Source: Chrysomallon squamiferum (lineage: Eukaryota > Animalia > Mollusca). Taken from it: a DNA stretch of 64,000 nt. The translations under genes and the position numbers were made by a program. The notes below the pieces were generated by a model, which did not search any database, was not told the DNA's origin, and worked only from the letters and a program-made list of their open reading frames with translations. Below, in pieces: positions 39,106 to 51,645 of the stretch (position 1 is the first letter of the stretch; each line of letters opens with the position of its first letter). The stretch covers positions 14,198,001 to 14,262,000 of the forward strand of contig CM022672.1 in assembly GCA_012295275.1 (NCBI GenBank), in the 5' to 3' direction.

Positions 39106-41619
39106 ATGGCGGATTCTGAAATTGTGTCCGGTTTCAATAATTCAACTGCTTCACTTCCACCACTGCAGAATATTGACGAGACTTCTCGTGCACCTAGAAT
39201 AGCATTTTTAACTGTGTTTATTGCGGTATCATTCTTCGGAAATGTATGTGTTATGATCGTTATTTTGCCCAACAAAAAATACCGCAGAGTTCCAATAAAT
39301 GTAATAATTCTGAATATGGCGGCGTTAAATGTGTTTGACAGTCTGGTAAACATGCCTCTTGTTTTTGGATCATTGGCGTCCACTGATTGGATATTTACTA
39401 AACAGCTTTGTCAGGTCAACACATTTTCTATGAGTCTCGTTATTGTCGAAACAGTGCTAACCGTTTTTGTGTTAATAATAGATCGATTTATTGCCATTAG
39501 AGCCACTTCATCACAGTACAAGAAATTCACAGGATGCACTAAATTAATTTTCATTATTATTTTCACGTGGGTGCAATCAGTTGGATTTAGTATGCCGTTT
39601 CTTGTTGGTGCAGTTCCATCATCATTTCAAGCAGAGCTTAACTTGTGTACTATATCTGACCCTTCGTCGTTGTTATTTATTTGTTTTACTTCAGTTTTCT
39701 GTTTCCTTTTTCCAACCATAATTATCATCATTTTGGCCATATTAATGGTTAGATATGCTTATAAGAAAAGAACAGTTGTAAGAGCCAAGCTCGCTGAACA
39801 TAATTATTCAACCATGAACACCGAACAACCACAGTTGCTGAAAGAAATATCTATGGCAAAGTATGCTGGTATACTCTTTGTCATGTGGTTTCTTTTTGAG
39901 TGTCCATATATTGTCACAACTTACATCAAGCAGTTTCAGTATAGCAAGGAGATAAAGGATAATCCAGGAATCACTGCACTCGAATACTCCTGGTTGGTGG
40001 ATGTGACTTTCTTGTTTGTACGTTTTGCATTCGCATCTGTTTTGCCCATTCTAACATTTTTGTGGAGAAAAGATTTCTGGCAAGCATGGAAGGACATGAT
40101 TCTCTGCCGTCGAAGTAATTCTGTGACAGATGTGGACACACTGTCGGCAGCAGTGATTACATCAAGTATTGAAAAGAAACAAATAGATGACCACAGCTTA
40201 GATGTCCCCTCACTTCGGTCAAAGGAGAGGACAAAAGTTGAAAATTCCAGTGCTCTTTCATTCAACATTCCTGTTCTGTTTGCAACATCCAATGGCATCC
40301 ATGTTGAGACAAATGAAAGTGATATATTTTATACGGATATGGATACATCAAGGCTGGATGTTAAAGGAAAAAAGCTGGATGTTGTTAGTGCTGTAGAGTA
40401 TGTCCCTCCAGACACCAGTGACTATGATTCTGAGAGTGATGTAGATCAGTATTCTGTTTCCCAGCCTATATCCAGTGTTCAAACAGAGGAGAGAGTAATG
40501 GGTGAATCTATAAGATCTGTATCTCAACCTCAAGTTCAAAGCTTTGATAAGAAACCTCAAAAGAAGGATCAGTTCAAATCAGAAAACATTGCCTCATCCT
40601 GCTGGACAGATTCTGGTCTGGATCTCACTGGCACACACAGAAGTAGTGAAATGAATAGTTTGGACTCGAGCATAATTGTAAATAGCACATACAAGATCTG
40701 TGATGGTAATTGCACTTGTGGGTTTGAAGACCAACAGACTGGAATGTGTCAGATAGACAAGGACAGTATTACAAAACATGATGACAATGATTCTCAGGAT
40801 TCAGTTGTTGGTTTTGTCAATGAAGACTGCAGTCTAGAACCCTCTAGAGATACATATTCAAAATGTTATTTAAAGAGCCTGGTGTTTTCTAATAATACTG
40901 AACCTGCTCAAAATGATGATTCCTCAGTGTCTGATCAACATACTGCAACAAACAAGACAAAAGAACTTCTTTCTGAAGATGATACAGGTTTGGTAAACAG
41001 CAGTTTTCCCGTTCATGATCACAAAACTGAAAATTTCTTGGAGGAAAATGAAGCATTGGGTCAAGAAAATAATTTGGTCCTGAAACCACCTCTGAAACTT
41101 AATCCACTTATGAATGTGGAAACAAAAATAGTCACAAAGACAGATCCATATTTGGATAGTACCAATATTGACTACAGGATTCCTGGGGAAAATTCTGATC
41201 AGGGCATGGCAGCAAAACATAGTGTGTTGGCCTTTGGAACCACATTTACTCAACAGGACAAGTCTTCCACTTCTAAACTTGAGAATCAGCAGATGGCAGA
41301 CAGTCAGAATGTTTCAAGAAAAAAGAACAAGAAGAAAAATGCTAAGAAACAAAAGAAACACAAAAGACAACATACATCTGATAGCCAAAAAGCTTTGCTT
41401 GGATCTGGAAGTTCTTCAGAATTACATGATTTGAAGTCTGCACTTGGTGGTAATACTCAAAACACTGACACACACCCATCTTTGGATTCCTTGTTCCAGA
41501 GTGACAATCCAGATCCAGTCAACTCTAGTGTAGGTATCAGTTCAGTGACTGGAAATACAACTGATGTGTTTGAATGGAAAAGTCATACTTCAGATGATGT
41601 TATTGCAGACAAGAAATAG
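39106..41619 (+). CDS. Class A (rhodopsin-like) orphan GPCR, GPR26/GPR78-like, with ~510-aa low-complexity C-terminal tail
   Basis: 837-aa single ORF with an N-terminal glycosylation site (NNS) and seven hydrophobic segments: TM1 GN, TM2 LNMAALN...VNMP, ECL1 WIF + TM3 Cys, IDRF, TM4 W, ECL2 Cys, TM5 FLFP, TM6 CPY. TM7 lacks NPxxY. Confidence 0.9.
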   Translation: MADSEIVSGFNNSTASLPPLQNIDETSRAPRIAFLTVFIAVSFFGNVCVMIVILPNKKYRRVPINVIILNMAALNVFDSLVNMPLVFGSLASTDWIFTKQLCQVNTFSMSLVIVETVLTVFVLIIDRFIAIRATSSQYKKFTGCTKLIFIIIFTWVQSVGFSMPFLVGAVPSSFQAELNLCTISDPSSLLFICFTSVFCFLFPTIIIIILAILMVRYAYKKRTVVRAKLAEHNYSTMNTEQPQLLKEISMAKYAGILFVMWFLFECPYIVTTYIKQFQYSKEIKDNPGITALEYSWLVDVTFLFVRFAFASVLPILTFLWRKDFWQAWKDMILCRRSNSVTDVDTLSAAVITSSIEKKQIDDHSLDVPSLRSKERTKVENSSALSFNIPVLFATSNGIHVETNESDIFYTDMDTSRLDVKGKKLDVVSAVEYVPPDTSDYDSESDVDQYSVSQPISSVQTEERVMGESIRSVSQPQVQSFDKKPQKKDQFKSENIASSCWTDSGLDLTGTHRSSEMNSLDSSIIVNSTYKICDGNCTCGFEDQQTGMCQIDKDSITKHDDNDSQDSVVGFVNEDCSLEPSRDTYSKCYLKSLVFSNNTEPAQNDDSSVSDQHTATNKTKELLSEDDTGLVNSSFPVHDHKTENFLEENEALGQENNLVLKPPLKLNPLMNVETKIVTKTDPYLDSTNIDYRIPGENSDQGMAAKHSVLAFGTTFTQQDKSSTSKLENQQMADSQNVSRKKNKKKNAKKQKKHKRQHTSDSQKALLGSGSSSELHDLKSALGGNTQNTDTHPSLDSLFQSDNPDPVNSSVGISSVTGNTTDVFEWKSHTSDDVIADKK

Positions 41620-44600
41620 TAAGTAACAGATTAAGAATGATCCTTAGTACTTTGTTAAAAACTTTTAAGTATAAAATTTTACATTCATTTTAACCTTTTT
41701 TGTATAAAATATATTTTTTTTCAAATAAAAGAACAAAAAAGTGTCCAGAGAGAGAGTGCGCAGAAGTGTTTAGATTGTATTGTTGATTTCTTTTAATATA
41801 TCAAAAATATAATTCAAAATATGAAAGCATGCAAATGGTTAACTGAATAGTTAACTTCATTAAATGTTACACTTTTAATTCAAATAATTATATTTTATCT
41901 TTTCTTTTTCAGATATATGGTGCACGTGAAAGAATATTGGATAAATCAACTCTGAGGAAAGAAGAAAGAAAAAATACTCCATATTGTGGCGCATATTATT
42001 CCTGCTGTCATTTGTTTTATTTATTTATTTATTATTTTTTTTAGATATTTATTGGCTGTGCAAATTTTCTCCCATATTTAGAGTTGTAATAATTAATTTG
42101 GAGTGTCTTTAATATATTTTTGTTCGTTGTTTGTTTGTTACATATCTGTCTGTGTTATTATTAGAGCATTCGTATTTTTTTATACACCTTATGATTTAAT
42201 ATTTGAGGATTATTCATTGTTTTTTTTTAAATTTATGTAGATTGTTTAATTTCGTTTTGATGTTTGTATCCATATGAGTTAATTATTTTTCCTTTACATT
42301 TTATATCTGTTGATGTTTTACTTTCTAATGATTTAAAAAAAAAAAAAATTTGTGGTAAAATGTTATACACAAGTATTAGATAAAATATCTACTGCAGTTA
42401 ATGTTATATTTACTTTTTAATTTTAGTTTGTTCAGATTTAAATTTGTGATTGTTATCAATATTTTGAAACTTAAATCTAATGATATTCAAAATAATGAAA
42501 GAATCGATGTGAAAGATAAATAAAATGTAGGAAATGAGTATTATTAAAATATTATTATATTAACAGAAATAATAATTATTATTTTGTTGAGAATAATTAT
42601 ATGAGTAATCATAAAAGTAATTTCTTTTTCCTTTTTTTCCCAGAAATATTAGTTAAATTTTTGGTTCAAGAAAATGTTTTTCAAAAATGTCATAAAAATG
42701 TTAAAGGACTAAAAAAAAACCATAAATAAAAATATAATAGGCATATGGGAGAAGATAAGATGCAGGAACAAAATATTTCAGATTAACAGCAACTGTTTTC
42801 AGCACCATATGCAGTTCTAAATTTACATTTTTTCAAAAGCAGTATTTGACATGTTTCAGTATTCATTTAGCATTTTGAAACAAGTGTGTTGTGTATACAT
42901 TTGTGTTAATTTTTAATTTATGTTTTGATTTTATTTGTCACTTTTGACAATTCTGCTGCAAGGCAGATGCATTTATTATCTTAAGTTATTAACTAAATGC
43001 ATTTATATCTGACCATCATGAAGAAGGTACATGGTGACAGGATGACTGATCTAGAATCCATATCTGGATAAAAGAAGCCATAAAAATCTCACTTTACTGG
43101 AACTAAATACAGATACTAAACAAACCATTTATCCAGCTTCCAGAAATTCAAGTGAGAATATTTCTGTGTTGAGGTGTACCTCACACAACAAGTTATTACT
43201 TCTTTCAGATGAATCTTTATTTTCACTTATTATCGTATCTAGCAGAAACACAGCAAGAAGCATATTCTACACAGGTACTTTAAGTAAATTAAACAGACCC
43301 TGCTTTGGAAGTGTATTAATTTGTATCTGTTAAAACACAGATTCATTTTTATTTTATATTATAACTAAACATTTACCCTGCATCCAGACATCTGAGGATC
43401 ATCTGATGTACCAAGCTTGCTGGATAAACTGTTCAGTATGTGTTTAAGAAATTATTTCTAAAGAATGTTTTATGGAATGGTTTAATAACAGATGTGTAAC
43501 AAACCGGCATTAGGAAAGAAACTTCTGGACAAATTAAGAAAATAATCATATTTTTAAATAATAATAATAATATTTCACATTAATTTTATAATAATGTTTT
43601 AGAAGATTTATGTGAAGTATGAGGACTGCAGTTCAGTGGTAGAAGCTTGTTAAAAGTTGCCAACATTCCTGATTAATTTTTTGTTTTCTTTTTGTTACTA
43701 TTTTACTTCTGCACTATTTTTAAAGTTTTAACTGAAACACACAGAGATTTGATAATTTGCTCAACTAGTATTGTGTAAATGTTTGGACTGTAATATTGAT
43801 CCGAAGTATATACAGACATTACACATGCACACATACACACCCTCTATGTAAGTTAGTATTATTACTTGTAATATGTAGCATCCAAAATGAGTGTTTGTAG
43901 TCTGTTTACAGTATTTTACACTGATTCTGTTTGTACTGGAATTTGTATTCACAATTTTAAGTATTTCTACATTTAAACCATATTTTATTAAATATTTAGT
44001 CCTGGAGCTAAACAAAAAAAAAAAAAAAAAAAAAACTGTAAGTCCTACAAAAATGCATTGCTCAAAGAAAAAAAAAAATTTTTTTGTTTTATATTCTGAA
44101 ACATTTCCGAAATTTATTTTTATTAATTAATTATTAATTTCTGTGTTTATATTAATTGATGGTAATAAACTTTACAGTTAACTAGAGAAATTTTGTAAAG
44201 TTTGAATGTGACTGAAGTTTATTACAGTGCTGTCATTTGATTGGAAATATGTAAAAATGTACACAACACACACAGTGCATTTCTTGTGACTGAATCTTTC
44301 ATATTAACAGACCATAAAAATTTAGTATTCTAACAGACATCCTGTAAAGATAGATTTTATTTTCATTATGTGTAGATTTTACAGTTATTGGTGCATTTCT
44401 ATTTTAGTATTGTACAACTATATTACCGAGTGATGTTTGTACACATTTTACTGAATTATTATATATTATTAGGTGTTTTATTAACTGCAACTGATCTCAA
44501 AGTATTACATACTTATAGCAATCCACTTGTACATCCGTCCATTTGCTTTACAGCCTGTCCGTCCATAATTATTAGTACTATCAGTGATAGATTACAAACC

Positions 44601-45388
44601 GGATTTATATGGTATTTCTATGAACTCTTTACACTGCATATTAAGCAAAATAATATAATTAATTTTTGATGACACGGTAAATGATTGTTGAAAGCAGATT
44701 TCTGTTATTATTCTCTCAGGTATTCTAAGTGTCTCTCTGTGTACTTAGTCTTTTTGACAATCCTGCTCTGTGAATCAAACTATCTATAGTATTTGTTGAG
44801 TTTATACACTCATTTAGAAGTATAACCTGAAAACAATCACTTGTTTAAAATGACGTCATACATTTATTTGAAAGAAATTTTGAGAGTTTAATTTTAAAAT
44901 CAGCCAGATAATTCTTTATTTTTAATCAAATGCAAATAATATAGGAATTATTTTGGCTGATTAAATGTGTAGATTTTTATTCTACATAATTTTTTTTTTT
45001 TACAAAATATAACTAACCCTGCTGAACAATTGCTGATTTATTTACATATATTAAAAACAACTATTTACATCAATTGGTGATATGTCATTAACACAACCAA
45101 TCTGATAGCTGAAATTCCATTTACTAAATCATTAGCTACTGATATATTTTTATGACAGGTTTATAAAATTTAATTTTTGTAGATACACAACACTACTGTT
45201 TCAGAAATAATACACAGTATAAAGTGGTTAATTTTTAATTTTGATTTCTTTAACCTCCAAATATTGTTATTTTCATTTATTTCTCCTAAATGAATTTGTT
45301 GCAATACAAATGAAACTATATTTAAAAAATAAAATGGCCAATTATTTTCTGAAATCTATCAGTGGACTTTTTTCTATCATGATAAATA

Positions 45389-46195
45389 CCGTATATACTT
45401 GTGTACAAGGCGACCTTATGTATAAGTCGATGTGTATTTTAAGACCAAAAATTGGTCATTTTAGATATTACTTGTGTATAAGTCGACTATAGATTCCAGG
45501 CACCGTCACTATTTTTAGACCAGTGTGACAGTGCCATGAAGGCCTACATTGCACACCTACTGTAACATAACTTGCACAAGCTGTAACTTGCATGAACATA
45601 CCATAATAACGTAAATGCATGTATTACACGAGCTATAGCCTAAATGTATCATAAATAGTATCTCTTTAATGTAATAGGTCTAACATGGAGACCTAACTTA
45701 CCGTTATATTTAGCCGTTCTATGATTTACAAAATTTGTCGGTAGTGGATATTAATGACGATTGCAATATTATTTCACCAAATTATTTACAATTACACAAG
45801 TGAGTTTTGTTTATGAAATTAGGACCGATATTTAGTGCAATTTGGCAGAGAAGTCTGCATCCTAGATCATTGCAAGACGCTGTAAGGCATAACGCCGTAC
45901 TGACGGTTTTCTCGCTTTAAAATGTATTTTTATGCCATTAAACGGAAGAATATCATGTTTTACATTCATATTTGGTTTTGTTATTTAATTTTTCAAATTT
46001 TTTTATACGATAAAATTATATTTTTGAAAAGCTGAAAGATCGTGATTATTTTAGATGCATCCCGTAGCACAAAATAGGCAAAATGGCGACTCTTCAGCAA
46101 CAGCTACAAAAGCATTACCTATGTATAAGTTGACCCCCAAAATATTACCATAATCTAGTCTCCCAAAAATTCGACTTATACACAAGTATATACGG
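45389..46195. mobile_element. Non-autonomous DNA transposon (MITE), Tc1/mariner superfamily, Tc2-like TIRs
   Basis: Left TIR ccgtatatacttgtgtacaaggcga and right TIR tcgacttatacacaagtatatacgg (22/25 match). TA target duplication at 45387-88 and 46196-97. Internal copies of tgtataagtcga. 807 bp with no transposase ORF. Confidence 0.9.
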
Positions 46196-47359
46196 TACTT
46201 TGTTACAAGCAGAGTGCTATTTTTTTTTTTTTTTTTTTTTTAGAGAAATATGTGTTAAAAAATACAACTAAAATCCCATATAGTTAAATATCTTCATCAT
46301 TAAACCTTTGAACCAATTTGCCTCTGTAATGGCGAAACATGGTGAAACAGTATCCCAACTGGCTACTAAAAAGCCCAAACAGTGATAGTGATGTGTGGAA
46401 TTCCTACCATCTGTTTTTACCCCGTCTGTTTTACAAACTGAATAAACTTGCTGAGCTGTCATTATACGAGTTGCTGTTCAAAGGGTTAAGAATATTTACT
46501 TGTACAAGACTGTAATGTGTGCAAATAAACATAACACTTTCTGTAAAGTTTTCTTACTTTATTAGTTTATCTGAAAATGGATTAAACACAATGAGAGTTG
46601 TAAAGATGTTAATACAAGATAATACTAGACAACAAAAAATACCAAAATCGAGATCTATGCCAGCATTCATGATTTATTTCAAACAAAATTCACACAATGA
46701 TACATTATCTTGTTTTCACATTAAAATGTTTTCCTGCACACATTGTAAAAATAAAGTCACTGTAGATGATATTTTTGTATTAAAACAATAGTTTTCAAAA
46801 TGTTTCTTTCATTTGTCTTGTGTTCAAACTGCAGCAAAAGTTATTATTAAAAAAAAAAAGAGAAAGAAGCCCAGCCATTTCTTGAGTTATTGATAAAATA
46901 CATATATACACATATATTAGAAAATGAAAATGTACCTGAAGCAGTTTTGAGTATAGCAGAGACAGAATTTAAAAATCTGTTTTTATGAGATCTATCAAGT
47001 CAAAAACACTGAAATTATGCATCGATACTAATTCAAATAATGAGAAAAACATTTGGCCAAAAAATATCTTTCAAAGATCAACATCTTTAGCCATTAAGTA
47101 CTATGAAAATAAATCGCTAGTTTATTTATAAGAAATACTTTATAATGACCAGCTGAGGAAACAGAAGTATTTATTTCTGTTTAGAAATGTACCCTTCTTT
47201 TCCATGTCCTCAGTCTCTACCAGTATCAATGCTGCTTCCGGTGACCTTGTAATTAAAAAAACATGTTACTTTTATGTGCGTTAAGTTCCATGGAAAATAC
47301 ACATGGAGAATTCTAATCTAAAATTCAGTTAAGTTTGGACAGTATTAAAGAATCGTCTG

Positions 47360-50300
47360 TTAATTCACTTTTTCAAAGTATTCTTTTGCCTCATCTGGGG
47401 TAGGTTTAATCGACTCAGCACTTGGTGTCCAATCTGCTGGGCATACTGAAATATAAAAATAATATTTTTTTAAATTCATTCTTCTAATATCTGAGAAACA
47501 AATTTACATTTTCTCACATCAAAAATAAGAAACCGAGAAAGATCTAATGATTTCATGTTATTCTGGTTTATTGTGTTCTATATTGCTGAAAGTAGATCTT
47601 GGTAAAACACTCCAGTATCCATATCCCTTTTGGCTTTTCTATCTTCCTTCTCTTCTATTTTATCAGCAATCTTGTTATATCAGTTAGCAATTAGCAACTC
47701 CCGACACCTTTGATACATAAGGCCACCCCCTAGAAAATGTTTTTGAGTGATTATCTTAACTTCAACAAGACTGGCTTTGTTCATTCTAACACATTAATGC
47801 AAATAAGCTTTCAGTAAAATTGAAAAAAAAAAGTTCTATTTATATGTGACCCTATTATGCACAACAGATTCAAATAAAGTTATAATCACAAACAGGAAAT
47901 TGACATTAATTTTACATCATTAATATTTGATATTTTTGCTTTTGCTTTTTGTTAACACAGCATTTACTGAACATGGCGATGTATTTTATTCCTTACTTTT
48001 CCATTTATTAATTTATTTTTCAAGGTTAAAGTTATGGAAATGGAAATTCAAAAGAAAAACAACTGATAAAATAATGACTCACCTTCTCCTGTTTTTTCAA
48101 CGTACTGCAATGCCTGTATAAGACGGTATGTTTCATCCACACTTCTCCCCACTGGCAAGTCATTGATGGTTATCTGTCTGACAATTCCCTTGGGATCAAT
48201 GATGAACAGGCCTCTGAATTAAACAAAATCATTTTTACATTTCAGAAATAAAATTTAATATAATTCAGTGTTACAGCAACACACACACACACACACACAG
48301 CTAGTCAGCTAGTCAGGCTGGTTTCATGTTCATAACATAATATATTAAAGAAACTGAAATCACATTTTCTGAGATAGTTAAATGTCTGATTTTCATGATG
48401 GTACTGTACCTAATAGCAACCCCATCCTCCTCAATTAAAACACCATAGTCTCTGGCCATCTTCTTGTTGAAGTCTGACATGAGTGGGTACTTCAGACCGT
48501 TCAAACCTCCATCCTATCATTGTAAAAAACATTTGTATTATTTTCATTATCTGTAATTATTTACTATTTATCCAACTTTTTGATTTTGACAGTCTATCAG
48601 ATCAATAATTACATCCATATATTTCTGCCTTCTTAAAATAATAATAGTTTTATATCGCATTTCCATTTTATTTTTAAAAAGTAACTAGTAAGCATAATCA
48701 ACAGACCTTGCGTTCCAAGTTGATCCATGCAAAATGGCTGAAGTGTGAGTCTGTGGAAACTCCCAGTACTTCAGTGTTGAGTTCTCGGAATTTTTCAATG
48801 CGACCATTGAATGAAAGAATCTCAGTGGGACAGACAAATGTGCTGAAAAAATAATAACATGTGTAGTTTCTGAGATACATGGTCCAGGCCTCCAAGAGAA
48901 ATTTTGCAAGGTGGTGGTGGTGGTACATGACCATTTGGGGCCCTGATTTTTCTCAAAATTAATAATTTGATGTTCAGTAAATCAACATGTAAACTCTTAC
49001 AAATGCTTTATATTTCCATGATCAGATGTAAAATAATGTATCAAACATATTCAACTAATGTATGGTTGATGTGGGGCTGTTCTTATCTCTTAGGCCCCTG
49101 GAACAAAGTACCAGCTGGACCCCTATTTCATAGGCCCTGCACACAATTAACATTTTCAAACTGAAGATTAATAATATACAATACTGTTTAAAAACAAAAT
49201 TTTATTATCTGATAGCCTATGTCTTCAATTGAATAAACTAAGGTAAGAAAATGCAAAAAAACTGATAATGAATGTAGATATAAAATATGTGATATTTCTT
49301 TGGATCAAGTAAAACCTGCCATGTTGGCAGTGAAAAATCAAACACTAACACTAGTAGTAGTAGTAGTAGTAGTAATAATAATAATAATAATAATAATAAA
49401 TATTCCTGACTTACAAATCCATAGGATAGAACAAAAGGATAAGGTATTTTCCTTTGAAATCAGAAAGTTTGATTTCTCTGAACTGCCCCTGTATAACTGC
49501 TGTCCCACAAAAATCTGGAGCAGGTTCCTGTACCCTGGGACTGAACTGAGCACAACCTGCAACAAACAGAAACATCCATGAGCAACCAGTTATAAGATGT
49601 ACAAAAGATAACAGCTTTTAACACTTTGGTATCTTATATTTATTTACTGAAATCAACTTGGTGTTTATTTATAAAAAAAAATTAATAAATGAAAAGGTAT
49701 TTTCATTTACTACTGCATACAATCCATTTAATATATTTCAGAAATGTAATTGTATAAATAATAATTATTAAATATATTCAATGGATCGTATCCAATAGGA
49801 TTACAGTAAACGAAAATATTTTTTTTTTTGTAAACACTAAGTTGATTTTAGTAAATAAATGTAAGATATCAACTTCATTATTTATATTACTCAAATAATA
49901 AAAATAATTAGTTAAATTTATTGAATAGACTATCAATAAATAGTAACTGAAAATATTTCTTTATGAATTCCAACATTATTTATTAGAATCTGCTGTTGAA
50001 TTGTTAACAAAAAGCAGTTTGAACAATTTTAATGAAATTAATAGAAAATAGCCTAATAAGATTTTATACAGCCAAACAAATAATGATTACACTATTTTTT
50101 TGTTCTTCTTCTTTATCTACCAATGGTTAATAATACAAAAATAAAAAACAGTTAAAACCAAATAAATAAAAAACAGAAAACAAACAAAAAAAAGATACTG
50201 CATCTGGAAATCATTGTTAATATATGACAAAACTATCTGCTGGTTTGTTTAGTCCTTTTTGTAAACTCTTTTCCTATTCTGGACACACAGAATGAGCCTA

Positions 50301-50899
50301 TTAACAGCAGTAGTGCATAAAGGTCATGCTGATTTTGAATGTCAAGGACATCACACCCACGGCACTTCTCATTTACCTCACGTTCTATATAAATTTACCT
50401 CTGTATTTTGGGGTCTTTTATTATTATTATTTTTTTTTTTTTCTGTACTGTATGTTAATGATGTACGCATGATTATCACAATTCCAAAATTATTTCTTGG
50501 TTATAATTTTTAAAGAAAATTTCCTTTCTCAGTTGTTAGTTTATGAAATTATAAAATATAGGTATTTGTATGATAAGTTAAGCCGCATTTAACTTCATTC
50601 GTGCAATCAAAACAAAACCTTTTTTTCTTTGTTTTGTTGGTATTTATTTTTTCTTTTGTTTTTTTATTCCTGGGTATATTTTAATCTCTATGCACTATTC
50701 ATTGCACAGCACCATTCATTTTAATTTTGTTTCATTATAACTTGTTATATATTCTAAAGCAAAGTAAGTATTAGTGGGTATTTAACTAATCTTTTTTGAA
50801 TGACAGGCTGTGGATGCGTTTATTTCTCTTAATTTACTGAATTCAGTAATTCTAAACCACAGTAATAATATTGATGAAATATCTTTTTTTATTATTTAT

Positions 50900-50934
<35 letters not shown>

Positions 50935-51645
50935 GCTGTATAAAATAATATATCTCACTTTAATATTTTTTAAGTTTTTGGTTTTGCTTTTAGAAAATCA
51001 ACATGTGATGTTATATGGTAGTGAAAAGAAATGGCGAATTGAAAAATCAAATAATTGTTATTGTTAATATGCTGTTTATTTATTGTTAAAGATCATTGAA
51101 TAATAGCAGTTATAAAATGTAATTTATTTCCCGTTGTCATACAAAAAAACCAAACAAACGTGACATGATAATTTGTTACAAGCGTATCACGAAATGCTGA
51201 GTCAGGCGGTTATGCATCTAATAGATATATTTATTCCATCATATTTAGTGCTATCGTTTAACAATAAAAATAATTTCTTTATAAAAAACGTATGTCGTTA
51301 TATCTAAGATTATACGTATCAGTAACAAATATCTGATTACAATACGCATTAAGTTAAAGAATGACAGTTCTTATTTCACGATTAAAAAGTCAACAATTAT
51401 TACATAATACCTGCAGAAAACGCCCTTGACAAATTGCAAGCATGGCCGACAAAACTTTCATGGCTGGGGGGTTTGTGACAGCTCACGTTTTTCAGCCCGA
51501 CCTGCTTCGAAAGCATGCATAGCCGGGAAAACGGTCTAGTCTGAAATATAAACAAAGTAAATAATAATGTTATCCACTGTAAACTGCAAACAGAAACAAA
51601 ATTAGGATATATATTTTAATTGCTTACAAGAAATCTGCCTGCCAT
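47360..51645 (-). CDS. PRDX3: Typical 2-Cys peroxiredoxin with mitochondrial presequence (thioredoxin-dependent peroxide reductase, PRDX3-like)
   Basis: Exons 51645-51628, 51540-51411, 49556-49415, 48842-48707, 48513-48410, 48213-48083, 47445-47360. Arg-rich leader [16 protein letters not shown]...SRAFSAG, then [21 protein letters not shown] (peroxidatic Cys), GEVCPADW (resolving Cys) and C-terminal EYF. Confidence 0.9.
48885..49139. mobile_element. Possible decayed MITE (hAT-like CAGG(G)CC...GGCCCTG ends) in PRDX3 intron
   Basis: GC-richer insert bounded by caggcct and aggccctg, with internal gggccc motifs. No clear TSD. Confidence 0.25.

Noticed and set aside
38931-41434. Antisense and off-frame ORFs overlapping the GPCR
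   Set aside because: Shadow ORFs of a long coding exon with no recognisable protein features.
51411-51461. Alternative PRDX start [17 protein letters not shown] (signal-peptide-like)
   Set aside because: It ends in phase 0 while the next exon needs phase 1. The other frame gives a continuous mitochondrial leader from ATG 51645.
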